IMG/VR virus record: IMGVR_UViG_3300032254_000009
Location: 1 to 46,043 of that record
Length of the DNA stretch: 46,043 bases
Source: a virus
Taxonomy: Duplodnaviria > Caudoviricetes
Strand: one strand, 5' to 3'
The notes under the pieces were generated by a model that was given only the letters and a program-made list of their open reading frames with translations, was not told where the DNA came from and did no database searches. Below are positions 6,983 through 15,433 of this stretch, piece after piece. Position 1 is the first letter of the stretch. Every line of letters begins with the position of its first letter. Position numbers and translations under genes: made by a program.

Positions 6983-7487
6983 TGCGGAATGGGAAGTAGA
7001 TGAGGGGGATGATGTTGTACTAGGCGCGAAACGCTTGCATTGCATTTTACTCAAGGAATTCAGGACTGATAGGTTCTTTAGGTTCTACGAGGATTCCCTC
7101 TCTGCTTTTAAGCCTTGGCTTGCACAGCAAGACAACATCACAGTAGTAGCACATAATCTACTTAGCGCTGATTTAGAGGTGTTCAGGAGGCTACTAGGTA
7201 TCCCCTTCACATTAGGTCCAGATACCATCATGTCGAAGAAATGCACTTTTATCGACACGTTCACATTAAGTAAGCGATTAAATCCAGATAGACCTATGGC
7301 TTATTACAAAGGAAAGAGTGTAGGACAGCATGGACTTAAGGCATGGGGAGTAAGACTTGGTATACTTAAGCCAGAAGTAGAGGATTGGGTTAACCAACCA
7401 ATAGAAGTTTACTTGCATAGATGTGAAGAAGATGTTAAGATTAATGAAGCTACTTATGAAACATTATTAGAGGAGAGTGAGAGATGA
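6963..7487 (+). CDS. DNA polymerase 3'-5' exonuclease domain (stand-alone ORF)
   Basis: ExoI LDAE, ExoII HN...D, IDT, HGLKAWG and ExoIII CEEDV, as in the T7 gp5 N-terminus. Confidence 0.92.
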   Translation: MTTYILDAEWEVDEGDDVVLGAKRLHCILLKEFRTDRFFRFYEDSLSAFKPWLAQQDNITVVAHNLLSADLEVFRRLLGIPFTLGPDTIMSKKCTFIDTFTLSKRLNPDRPMAYYKGKSVGQHGLKAWGVRLGILKPEVEDWVNQPIEVYLHRCEEDVKINEATYETLLEESER

Positions 7488-9043
7488 ACTTCAATGATGC
7501 AATTAAGCTAGCCCAGAAGAGCGATTTTCTTATGTCCTGTCAAGAAAGAACAGGAGTAGCCTTCAATATAGACAAAGCTAAAGACTTGTACAAGTTCTGC
7601 GTAGAGGAGATGGAACGTATAGAGAAGGAAGTAGAGCCTAAGCTACCTACTAGACCTCTAGGTAAAGCTGAACTAGCTAAGGTAACTCCTCCTAAGATAC
7701 AGTTTAAGAATAGTAAGGAAGGGTTAGTTCCTAGTAAGCATTGCGAGAACTTCTTTGATTGGGTACAACACAGGTATTTTGACGATAAGGAACCTGAATA
7801 CTGGGGGTATATCGAGGATAAGGAGTTTAAGCTCCCTTACCATGAACCAGTAACAACAACTGGACCTATGAGACTAAAGAACCAGAAGGATATGAAGGAC
7901 TGGTTCGTTAGCTTAGGCTGGACACCTACCCTCTGGAACTTCCAGAAGGATGCTAATAATAAGTTTAAGAGAGATGATAAAGGACAACTAATTAAGACTA
8001 GTCCTAAGTTCCATGATAAAGGTACTCTTTGCCCTAACTTAGAAAGGCTAGGAGATAAGATTGAGTTAGTTAAACCTGTAGTTAGATGGCTCTCTCTACG
8101 TAATAGGCGTTCAGTTATCTGTAACCCTGAGAAGAATTCAGGTTGGTTAAACAACCCTAGACTAGCTAAGGATGGTAGACTACCTGCTGGAGCTAGCTCT
8201 ATAACTAATACACATAGACAGAAGCATAAGATAGTAGCTAATATACCTAGGGTATCCTCTGTACTAGGTTTAGAGATGAGAGAGCTGTTCTGTGCGCCTG
8301 AAGGGAAGGTACTAGTAGGGTATGATGCAGCTGGATTAGAGGCTCGTGTAGAGGCTCATTGGTGCTTTAAACACGAAGGAGGAGAAGCTTATGCTTATGA
8401 ACTACTAGAAGGGGATACACATAGTAACAACGCGAGACTATTCTATGGAGAAGACATACCAACAGGAGAGGATGGAAAGGTTGTTTCTAAATATAGAGAC
8501 CCAAGCAAGAACGGTAAGTACGCGCTTACATACGGATGTACTGCTCCGAAACTTGCCGAAACTCTTGGAGTACCATCAGGTAAAGCAAATGAACTCTTTG
8601 ATAACTTCTGGCAAGGTAACACAGCACTGGCTAGCTTAAGAGATAAACTAACTAAACACTGGACCTCTCAAGGAGAGAAACTCATTGTTTGCCCTTTAAC
8701 TGGTTATAAATTGCACAGCAGGAGTAAACATAGCTTAGTTAATCTATTGTTTCAGCACACAGGCGCTATCATCATGGACTATAGCTTAGCTCTAATGGAT
8801 AGATGGTTAGGAGGTATCACCTATGACTGTAACAACCTACCAACGTACAGGTACAAAGGGCATGAAGTTAGGAGAGTGTTGTACTATCATGATGAAGGGG
8901 CTTTTGAATGTAGTGCAGAGATAGCACAAGAGGTACTGAACCTAGGTATCAGGAGTATAGTTAAGGCTGGAGAGATGCTAAAGCTCAATGTTCCTCTGGA
9001 TGCTGATGGAGCTATTGGGAGTGACTGGTCAAAAATCCATTAA
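7484..9043 (+). CDS. Family A DNA polymerase, polymerase domain
   Basis: Motif A GYDAAGLEAR, motif B R..SKNGKYALTYG and motif C YHDE. Confidence 0.95.
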   Translation: MNFNDAIKLAQKSDFLMSCQERTGVAFNIDKAKDLYKFCVEEMERIEKEVEPKLPTRPLGKAELAKVTPPKIQFKNSKEGLVPSKHCENFFDWVQHRYFDDKEPEYWGYIEDKEFKLPYHEPVTTTGPMRLKNQKDMKDWFVSLGWTPTLWNFQKDANNKFKRDDKGQLIKTSPKFHDKGTLCPNLERLGDKIELVKPVVRWLSLRNRRSVICNPEKNSGWLNNPRLAKDGRLPAGASSITNTHRQKHKIVANIPRVSSVLGLEMRELFCAPEGKVLVGYDAAGLEARVEAHWCFKHEGGEAYAYELLEGDTHSNNARLFYGEDIPTGEDGKVVSKYRDPSKNGKYALTYGCTAPKLAETLGVPSGKANELFDNFWQGNTALASLRDKLTKHWTSQGEKLIVCPLTGYKLHSRSKHSLVNLLFQHTGAIIMDYSLALMDRWLGGITYDCNNLPTYRYKGHEVRRVLYYHDEGAFECSAEIAQEVLNLGIRSIVKAGEMLKLNVPLDADGAIGSDWSKIH

Positions 9044-9070
9044 CTTAAACAACAGGAGAAAGAGAGATGG
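9042..9070 (+). repeat. 29-bp repeat A, copy 1 (RBS + ATG)
   Basis: AACTTAAACAACAGGAGAAAGAGAGATGG, identical at 9295-9323. Confidence 0.95.
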
Positions 9071-9270
9071 GCGATTATTACGATTTTGATATAAGGCTTA
9101 TTGATGGTGAAGAAGTAAGTGGATTTTGCTACAGCAATGCCAATACTGGATGGAGCGAGGTGTTTGTTCAATTTGATGAAGGGCAAGCAGATAAAGCTAA
9201 TGAGATGCAGTCGAAATTTGAAGCGCTACAGGAAGAGCAAAACACATTAATCAAATCATGGATTAACTAA
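9067..9270 (+). CDS. Acidic hypothetical protein (cassette 1)
   Basis: Starts in repeat A and stops in repeat B. Confidence 0.75.
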   Translation: MGDYYDFDIRLIDGEEVSGFCYSNANTGWSEVFVQFDEGQADKANEMQSKFEALQEEQNTLIKSWIN

Positions 9271-9289
9271 ACAGAGGTAAAGGAAATGA
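9265..9289 (+). repeat. 25-bp repeat B, copy 1 (stop + RBS + ATG)
   Basis: AACTAAACAGAGGTAAAGGAAATGA; 24/25 match to 9488-9512. Confidence 0.95.
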
Positions 9290-9294
9290 AGGTG

Positions 9295-9323
9295 AACTTA
9301 AACAACAGGAGAAAGAGAGATGG
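9295..9323 (+). repeat. 29-bp repeat A, copy 2
   Basis: Identical to 9042-9070. Confidence 0.95.
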
Positions 9324-9493
9324 AATCAAAGCTAGAGCAAATTCTTAGAGAGGCTTACAAGCAAGGCTATTTAAATGCTAGGCATGATGCAGAGGCGGGC
9401 AATCTAATGTCAAACGATTCTGATTTTGATGATTGGGTTTCTGAGTGTATAGCCGATAATCGCGTTGGAAATGTAGAGCTGCCCACCAACTAA
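9320..9493 (+). CDS. Acidic hypothetical protein (57 aa, cassette 2, not in ORF track)
   Basis: MESKLEQILREAYKQGYLNA...ELPTN*; starts in repeat A and stops in repeat B. Confidence 0.75.
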   Translation: MESKLEQILREAYKQGYLNARHDAEAGNLMSNDSDFDDWVSECIADNRVGNVELPTN

Positions 9494-9512
9494 ACAGAGG
9501 TAAAGGGAATGA
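9488..9512 (+). repeat. 25-bp repeat B, copy 2
   Basis: AACTAAACAGAGGTAAAGGGAATGA. Confidence 0.95.
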
Positions 9513-9515
9513 GGA

Positions 9516-9680
9516 ATGGATAAGCGCACAAAAGATATAACAATGAATGTATTTACACTTGGTCTGATACTTGGAGTATTTATAATGATCCCCGTTATTT
9601 TTAAATTCAGTAAGACTGAAGAACTAGCACAGTGTCAGATCGAACTACAGGAGAAAGAATATGTTACTAGCAGTAGATGA
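9516..9680 (+). CDS. Small membrane protein (54 aa)
   Basis: MDKRTKDITMNVFTLGLILGVFIMIPVIFK...; one hydrophobic segment. Confidence 0.55.
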   Translation: MDKRTKDITMNVFTLGLILGVFIMIPVIFKFSKTEELAQCQIELQEKEYVTSSR

Positions 9681-9825
9681 TGATTTTGTAGATAAGCTAC
9701 TAATAAAGGAATTGAAGGATTGTTATAGTCACTTAGATGATGAAGACCCCTTAAGAGAGGCAATAAAGGAAGTGCTAGCTTACTACATGGTTCCTAATGA
9801 TTATTTTGTTTTTATTAACGCTTGA
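9661..9825 (+). CDS. Small hypothetical protein (54 aa)
   Basis: RBS AGGAG; MLLAVDDDFVDKLLIKELKDCY... Confidence 0.65.
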   Translation: MLLAVDDDFVDKLLIKELKDCYSHLDDEDPLREAIKEVLAYYMVPNDYFVFINA

Positions 9826-9850
9826 CAACATAAAACCAAACCTGTATACT
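9822..9850 (+). promoter_or_regulatory. Near-consensus sigma70 promoter
   Basis: TTGACA-17 nt-TATACT. Confidence 0.85.
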
Positions 9851-9883
9851 ACGCGATAACAACTTAACAAAGGAAAGAAAGAC

Positions 9884-10471
9884 ATGGCAAAAGAATACGA
9901 AAGAAAATCAATTACAGCTGAAATGATAATGGTTGATTTTGATACACAGATAGAAAAACGAGGAGGAGGTAGCTATGAAGGCACGAACATTCTATTCAAA
10001 GCGTTCGGTAAAGTTAATGAAAAAGGCTTGCACTCTAAGACGTTTGAATTCAAACCGGAGCTACGCGCTCAACTAGAAGCTGTACAAAAGAAAGGAACTC
10101 TCTTCACATTAAATCAGTACAGAGAAGTGGGAGGTCAGTTCTGGAATGTTGATTCAGTAGATGTAGGACACACCATTGAACAGCCAGCTTTTAATGATAA
10201 TGTATCAGGGAGAAAGAACATACCTGCTGGAGGTACACCACAACAAGCACAAGGTTATGGACCTAACCCAGCAGCAGTAGGACAAGCTATTAACTTAGCA
10301 GCTGATGTACTAGGCTTTAAGGAAAAGGACTTCGCTGATGTTAATAAGGTGAGAGAAGCTATCATCTGGTACAAGGCTGTTAAAGACATCTTCTCTTTGA
10401 ACTGGGAAGCTGCTGATAAAGAACCACAACCGAAGGTAGACGAGTCTCCACAGGAAGACGACCCCTTCTAA
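9884..10471 (+). CDS. Probable single-stranded DNA-binding protein
   Basis: Beta-rich N-domain, low-complexity linker, acidic tail EDDPF; replication context; own promoter. Confidence 0.55.
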   Translation: MAKEYERKSITAEMIMVDFDTQIEKRGGGSYEGTNILFKAFGKVNEKGLHSKTFEFKPELRAQLEAVQKKGTLFTLNQYREVGGQFWNVDSVDVGHTIEQPAFNDNVSGRKNIPAGGTPQQAQGYGPNPAAVGQAINLAADVLGFKEKDFADVNKVREAIIWYKAVKDIFSLNWEAADKEPQPKVDESPQEDDPF

Positions 10472-10484
10472 CTAGTTTTGGTTG

Positions 10485-10663
10485 TCCACTCCCCACATTT
10501 CGCCTTTGCATTCCTTTTATTGAATGTTTCATGGAGTGCATTGGGGGAGTGGATAGCCTCCTCATAGTAGTTATATGTGGTGGAGTTGTCATATCTTTCG
10601 GGAGAGAAACCTCTTTGATGTTAGTGACAGTTGGTGTCGAAACCAGAAAATCTAACCAGCTCC
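10485..10663 (+). ncRNA. Putative structured RNA or RNA-processing element
   Basis: Stems 10485-10494/10544-10553, 10507-10514/10533-10540 and 10582-10588/10657-10663 in a ~220-nt intergenic gap. Confidence 0.4.
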
Positions 10664-10693
10664 CCTTCATATAATTATTAACAGGAGAAATGT

Positions 10694-10858
10694 ATGAGTA
10701 AGACATTCTGTGTAGCAGCTGTGCTAATAAACGCAGGTCTAGCAGCCCTTAATATATATATTGGTAACACTGGCGCAGCTGTCTTTAATGCGTCAGTGGC
10801 TTCTTGGGTACTTGGTCTTTATATGGGAGAAATGTATGACAATAGAACAACAAACTGA
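10694..10858 (+). CDS. Small two-helix membrane protein (54 aa, not in ORF track)
   Basis: RBS AGGAG; MSKTFCVAAVLINAGLAALNIYIG... Confidence 0.65.
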   Translation: MSKTFCVAAVLINAGLAALNIYIGNTGAAVFNASVASWVLGLYMGEMYDNRTTN

Positions 10859-10982
10859 GGAGATATACCTCCTAATGAATGAGTTCTCACAAGACTTCGA
10901 GGTTGATAACTCTCCTCCTCTTAGCTTGATAGATGAACTTATATTTAAACTTGAAGTACTGCACAGAGAACGGAGTAGTTAA
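10836..10982 (+). CDS. Small acidic protein (likely start MTIEQQ)
   Basis: RBS GGAG; TAATG coupling to the next gene. Confidence 0.6.
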   Translation: MTIEQQTEEIYLLMNEFSQDFEVDNSPPLSLIDELIFKLEVLHRERSS

Positions 10983-11557
10983 TGATAGATATCGATGTAA
11001 CAGATTATAGGAGGCTAGCCTTCAAGCATATAAATGCACTACCTAGAGATAAGAAAGAAGGACTAGAAGAAGGAGACCTCCTTAACGCTGCTTACACCGG
11101 TATCTGGTTAGCCTCTAAAGCTTTTAATAAAGATAGAGATGGAGCTGAGTTCACTACCTTCTGCTACTGGTACATACAAAGAGAACTAACAAATCTAAAG
11201 TTTAGAATGACAACTCTTAGTAATAAAAGAGTTAATGTTAAGAGAGACACTGATTACTTGTACGATGATTTAGTTACCTTCTCTGACCAAGACGGAGAAG
11301 AAGGGGACATAGGAGAACTAGAAGCCTTAGCTATCCCTAGCTTCTTTGAAGAAGATATATTTGTGCAGGAGTTTTTAGACGATATGCCCCTAGAGGGAGA
11401 TAAGAAGGACTTCTTTCACGATATGTATCACAACGACAGTCCTACAGCAGTAAAGAACTACATGGATAAGAGAGGATGTAGCAGACAAGCAGCCTACCTT
11501 ATAAAGAAGAAAACTCTTGATATAGTACAGGATTATTATGCTCGCCTTAATAGATAG
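10982..11557 (+). CDS. RNA polymerase sigma-factor-like protein
   Basis: Region-2-like DLLNAAYTGIWLASKAFN.D...EFTTFCYWYI and C-terminal HTH-like GCSRQAAY. Confidence 0.75.
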   Translation: MIDIDVTDYRRLAFKHINALPRDKKEGLEEGDLLNAAYTGIWLASKAFNKDRDGAEFTTFCYWYIQRELTNLKFRMTTLSNKRVNVKRDTDYLYDDLVTFSDQDGEEGDIGELEALAIPSFFEEDIFVQEFLDDMPLEGDKKDFFHDMYHNDSPTAVKNYMDKRGCSRQAAYLIKKKTLDIVQDYYARLNR

Positions 11558-12290
11558 TGATAGCCCATGTTATGGAGCAGCCTTCTCATGCGAAAAGAAA
11601 GGAGAGCTGATAGATAACGCTGAGATGTTTCTTTACCAACGTTTAGAAAAAATTGTACAAAAAATTTTGGAGGATACTAGAGCCACTGATTACAAGATGT
11701 TCCTCTCCGGTAAAGAAAACTATAGACTGCAAGTAAGTCCTCTTTATAAAGCTAACAGGAAGGATATGAAGAGACCTATTCTGTTACAACAAGCTAGGGA
11801 TTATTTAGAAGTTGTACATAATGCTATAGTATCTCAAGGAGTAGAAGCTGATGACTTAGTTTGTATAGAGCAGACAGCTTGCATGGAACAAGGGATAGAT
11901 TGTTGTATAGCTCATATCGATAAGGACATAGACCAGCAAGCAGGATGGCATTACCGCTGGCCTCTAAGAGGTGAAGAAGGGAGTATGTACTGCGTCACTG
12001 AAGAGGAAGGCTTAAGAAACTTGTACGAACAAGCTTTAGTAGGGGACAAGGTAGACAATATTATGTACTACCTAGATGAAACAACAGGGACATGGAAAAA
12101 GGAATACGGACTAGGGAAGGTTGGAGCAAGGAAAGCTCTACAGGAATGCAGCGAAGAGAAGGACTTCTACGCTGTTGTTCTTGACTTATATGAGAACAAG
12201 TTCAATAGAACAGAGGAAGACTTGTTAACTAATATGCAGCTTCTTTATTTACTCAGAAAGCATGATGAATTTTATAGGAAGCCTTTATGA
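11538..12290 (+). CDS. 5'-3' exonuclease (T7 gp6-like)
   Basis: LIDSD, NYR...YKANRK, EADD, DKDIDQ, GDKVDNI and GLG motifs. Confidence 0.93.
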   Translation: MLALIDSDSPCYGAAFSCEKKGELIDNAEMFLYQRLEKIVQKILEDTRATDYKMFLSGKENYRLQVSPLYKANRKDMKRPILLQQARDYLEVVHNAIVSQGVEADDLVCIEQTACMEQGIDCCIAHIDKDIDQQAGWHYRWPLRGEEGSMYCVTEEEGLRNLYEQALVGDKVDNIMYYLDETTGTWKKEYGLGKVGARKALQECSEEKDFYAVVLDLYENKFNRTEEDLLTNMQLLYLLRKHDEFYRKPL

Positions 12291-12793
12291 CTGTACTCTC
12301 ACTAGATAACCTGTACGAACTTTCTACACTTAAGAAGGTACTTAGCTATGCTGACAGTAAGTTATTTTGGCTAATATCCCCGTCAAATTCTATTAAAGCA
12401 GGTAGCGAGGCTGGGACACTAGGTGGTGAAGGGTATAGATATGTCCAATTCAAAGGGAAGGCTTACAGGGAACACCGCCTCGTTTACTTATTAGTGAAAG
12501 GGAGATTACCAGAGAGTATAGACCATATCAACGGTATCAGGCATGACAACAGAATAGAAAATTTACGCTCTTGTACTTCTAGGGAGAACAACAGAAACAG
12601 AAAAATCTCTCCCAAAAACAAATCAGGTGTTAAGGGTGTTTACTGGGAGGAGGAACGAAGCAAATGGTGCGCTAGGCTAAGGACAGGTAAGAAACGAATA
12701 AACCTAGGGAGATTTGACTCCTTAGAGGAAGCTAAGAGGTCTATAAAGGTGGCCAGAGAGAAGTATCACAAGGAGTTCACCAATCATGGTTAG
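12287..12793 (+). CDS. HNH endonuclease with AP2-like domain (homing type)
   Basis: HRLVY...IDHINGIRHDNRIENLR; SGVKGVYW...W.A....LGRF. Confidence 0.92.
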   Translation: MTVLSLDNLYELSTLKKVLSYADSKLFWLISPSNSIKAGSEAGTLGGEGYRYVQFKGKAYREHRLVYLLVKGRLPESIDHINGIRHDNRIENLRSCTSRENNRNRKISPKNKSGVKGVYWEEERSKWCARLRTGKKRINLGRFDSLEEAKRSIKVAREKYHKEFTNHG

Positions 12794-13202
12794 AGGAGTT
12801 AAAAGACACTGTGGCGGAACTTGGACAGATGCTCGCAAGAAGAGCTTTATAATCTCTGCCTTAAGAGCAGCCTTTAATAGGTGGCAACCCAAACAGCAAT
12901 GTGTAAAGAATGCTAGAATAAGAAGAGGAGTATATAAGTGTGAAGGATGTGGAGAAGAAGGGCCTGCTACATTACCACCCCTTGAAGGTAATAAGAGAAG
13001 GCGTAAGAATATTGTTGCAGATCATATTGACCCTATTGTGTGTCCCTATGATGGTTTTATTGATTTTAACACTTGGATTTCTAGAGGCTTTGTTGAGCTT
13101 AGTGGCTTCCAAGCCCTCTGTTGGCAATGTCACACAGACAAGACCAACGAAGAAAGACAAATAGCTAAAGAACGTAGAGCTAAGGAGAAGAAGAATGAGT
13201 GA
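12786..13202 (+). CDS. Zn-binding HNH-like endonuclease
   Basis: YKCEGCG...DHIDP...QALCWQCH. Confidence 0.8.
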   Translation: MVRGVKRHCGGTWTDARKKSFIISALRAAFNRWQPKQQCVKNARIRRGVYKCEGCGEEGPATLPPLEGNKRRRKNIVADHIDPIVCPYDGFIDFNTWISRGFVELSGFQALCWQCHTDKTNEERQIAKERRAKEKKNE

Positions 13203-13404
13203 AGACGAGAAGATAGTACAACTAGTCTCAGTATCTAATACAGATACTTCTCCTATGACTATGCAGGAAGCTGCTGATGCTGTAGTGGGAGTTCTTAACC
13301 ACATGATAGTTGAGCAAGATGTTCCACATGAGTACATCATTGGACTACTAGACAAGATAAAGCAAGCTTATCTATTTGAATGCTTTGTAGAGGAAGAAGA
13401 ATGA
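13195..13404 (+). CDS. Hypothetical protein
   Basis: RBS AAGGAG; overlapping operon gene. Confidence 0.7.
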   Translation: MSEDEKIVQLVSVSNTDTSPMTMQEAADAVVGVLNHMIVEQDVPHEYIIGLLDKIKQAYLFECFVEEEE

Positions 13405-13580
13405 AGAGCTTACTAGATTATCAATTCAAAGACTCAAGGGTATGTATTAACTGGATTGAAAGTGATTACATACGTTTGTTCTCAGATGAATATATTGGTA
13501 AATTGTATAAGGAAGATGCGATAGCAATTGCTTCCCACTTCGGACTACTGGTAGACGGAGAGAAGGGAGAAGAGGAATGA
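13401..13580 (+). CDS. Hypothetical protein (likely start 13401)
   Basis: ATGA overlap; RBS GAGG. Confidence 0.65.
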   Translation: MKSLLDYQFKDSRVCINWIESDYIRLFSDEYIGKLYKEDAIAIASHFGLLVDGEKGEEE

Positions 13581-13987
13581 ACGAAGAGGAGAAGAGGCTC
13601 CACCGAAACAAACTAAGAAGGGCGAGCAGGAAAGCTAACAACAACGCCCCCACAAAGAAATACGAGAAGACTAAGAAAGGTTTCTTGATGAGGCTGTACA
13701 GAAACATGCAATCAAGGGTAACAGGGGTTCAAAAGCTTAAGGCTCACCTCTATCTAGGGAAAGAGTTACTGGACAGGGAGTCCTTTTACCAGTGGGCAGC
13801 TGACTCTAATGATTTCCACGAGATGTTTTTTAGATGGGAGTTAGCTGACTATGACCGTAGGTTGACACCAACAGTTGACAGAGTAGATAGCAGCGAAGGG
13901 TATTCAACGAGCAATATGCGTTGGCTTACACACAGTGAAAACTCGAGACTAGGAGCTGTCTCACGATTTAACAGCAAGGGTAACTAA
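13577..13987 (+). CDS. HNH-like endonuclease
   Basis: PTVDRVDSSEGY...NMRW.T.SEN motif. Confidence 0.75.
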   Translation: MNEEEKRLHRNKLRRASRKANNNAPTKKYEKTKKGFLMRLYRNMQSRVTGVQKLKAHLYLGKELLDRESFYQWAADSNDFHEMFFRWELADYDRRLTPTVDRVDSSEGYSTSNMRWLTHSENSRLGAVSRFNSKGN

Positions 13988-14742
13988 TGAAAATACTACA
14001 CTTAGATATAGAAACTTTCCCTCATCAGGCTTATGTATGGGGCTTGTTTAAACAAAATGTAGCTCTTAGTCAGATAGTAGAGAGCGGTAAAACTGCTTGT
14101 TGGGCAGCGAAATGGCATGGTAAGAAAGGTATTATGTACTCTGGACTAGATACATGTAAAGAGAAAGACATGATAAAGAAGATATGGGACCTACTTAATG
14201 AGACAGATGTTGTTTGTCATTACAATGGAACTAGATTTGATATGCCGACTTTAAATAAAGAGTTTCTTAAGTACGGTATCCCACCACCAAGCCCTTATCA
14301 GCAAATAGATTTACTACAGACAGCGAGGAAGCAGTTTAAACTAGCAAGTAACAAGCTTGACTATGTTTCTGGATACCTAGGAGTAGGCAGTAAAACACAA
14401 CACAAAGGCATGGACTTGTGGACCGGATGTATGAACGGGAATGATAAGGACTGGAAGGTTATGCAGAGGTACAACAAGCAAGATGTAGCTCTTCTGGAAC
14501 TAGTCTATAAGAAACTTCTCCCTTGGATACAGGCTCACCCTAATCCCGCTTTGTTCAACGAGAGTGATAAACAGCAATGCCCTAAGTGTGGTGGATATCA
14601 TTTACAGAAGCGAGGAACTTATATGACTAAGGTTCAGACTTACCAGAGATATCAGTGCATGGACTGTAAGTCTTGGAGCAGAGAGAGGTTCGCTAATACA
14701 CCAAAAGAGAAGCGTAAGCTTGTCTTGAACGGAGTTGTCTAG
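13987..14742 (+). CDS. DEDD/RNase H-like 3'-5' exonuclease with C-terminal Zn ribbon
   Basis: LDIET, YNG..FD, IDL, YNKQDV; CPKCG...C.DC. Confidence 0.9.
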   Translation: MKILHLDIETFPHQAYVWGLFKQNVALSQIVESGKTACWAAKWHGKKGIMYSGLDTCKEKDMIKKIWDLLNETDVVCHYNGTRFDMPTLNKEFLKYGIPPPSPYQQIDLLQTARKQFKLASNKLDYVSGYLGVGSKTQHKGMDLWTGCMNGNDKDWKVMQRYNKQDVALLELVYKKLLPWIQAHPNPALFNESDKQQCPKCGGYHLQKRGTYMTKVQTYQRYQCMDCKSWSRERFANTPKEKRKLVLNGVV

Positions 14743-14772
14743 CAACTCCTATTATTTATTGAGGAAATATTT

Positions 14773-15126
14773 ATGAAGCTATTTAATAGAGATCCAACAG
14801 AAGAAGAAATACGGAAGAAGGCTCTAGATTTAATATTTGAGCAGTTCGAAGATAGGCACTACATGTCCACCTCCGGCTACAACGGGATAACTTCATACTC
14901 TCCAGCATCGAAGTATGCAGAGGAGTTGCTAAAAGAGGCCATGCAGGAGACAAAGGTGGTTGACGCTATAAACTCTACTATAAGCTCTAAGGTTGTAGAT
15001 GATGCAGTACATAGGATACTTAAGGATATGATCAGTACTGAAATCAGAGACATCCTTAAAGAAGATTTAATAACTAATATAGTAGCCAAGATAAATAAGG
15101 TTCAACTAGGAGAAAGAAATGATTAA
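14773..15126 (+). CDS. Hypothetical protein
   Basis: RBS GAGGA; 117 aa. Confidence 0.7.
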   Translation: MKLFNRDPTEEEIRKKALDLIFEQFEDRHYMSTSGYNGITSYSPASKYAEELLKEAMQETKVVDAINSTISSKVVDDAVHRILKDMISTEIRDILKEDLITNIVAKINKVQLGERND

Positions 15127-15433
15127 ATACCCAGTACTAGAAGAACAACTTGAACTCGATGGCCTTAATTCTGCAACACCAGCTCAATGGGATGCAGCAG
15201 CTAGAACACAACTTAACCCACCTAGCGCTCTAGGGAAGCAAGAGGGAGGTAAGCATTACAAGGAGCTAAAGATTCAGCCTATTGAGTACATACAAGCAAA
15301 CAAGTTAGGATATGAACAAGGGAATGTTATAAAATATATCACTAGGTATGCAGACAAGGGAGGAGTAGAGGACTTGCTTAAAGCAATCCATTACATTGAA
15401 TTACTGATAGATGATATAAAGGAAAGAAAATGA
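15119..15433 (+). CDS. DUF3310 / T7 gp1.7-like (nucleotide kinase-like) protein
   Basis: GGKHY...QPIEYI...GNVIKY..R...KGG.EDL.KA..Y. Confidence 0.85.
   Translation: MIKYPVLEEQLELDGLNSATPAQWDAAARTQLNPPSALGKQEGGKHYKELKIQPIEYIQANKLGYEQGNVIKYITRYADKGGVEDLLKAIHYIELLIDDIKERK

Noticed and set aside
10613-10646. Hammerhead ribozyme (GACA-loop-TGTC-GAAAC)
   Set aside because: The required CUGANGA core is not present before the stem; kept only as generic structured RNA.
12287-13987. Group I intron or intein associated with the HNH genes
   Set aside because: The HNH ORFs overlap intact neighbours by ATGA-type coupling and no host gene is interrupted; they are ordinary free-standing endonucleases.
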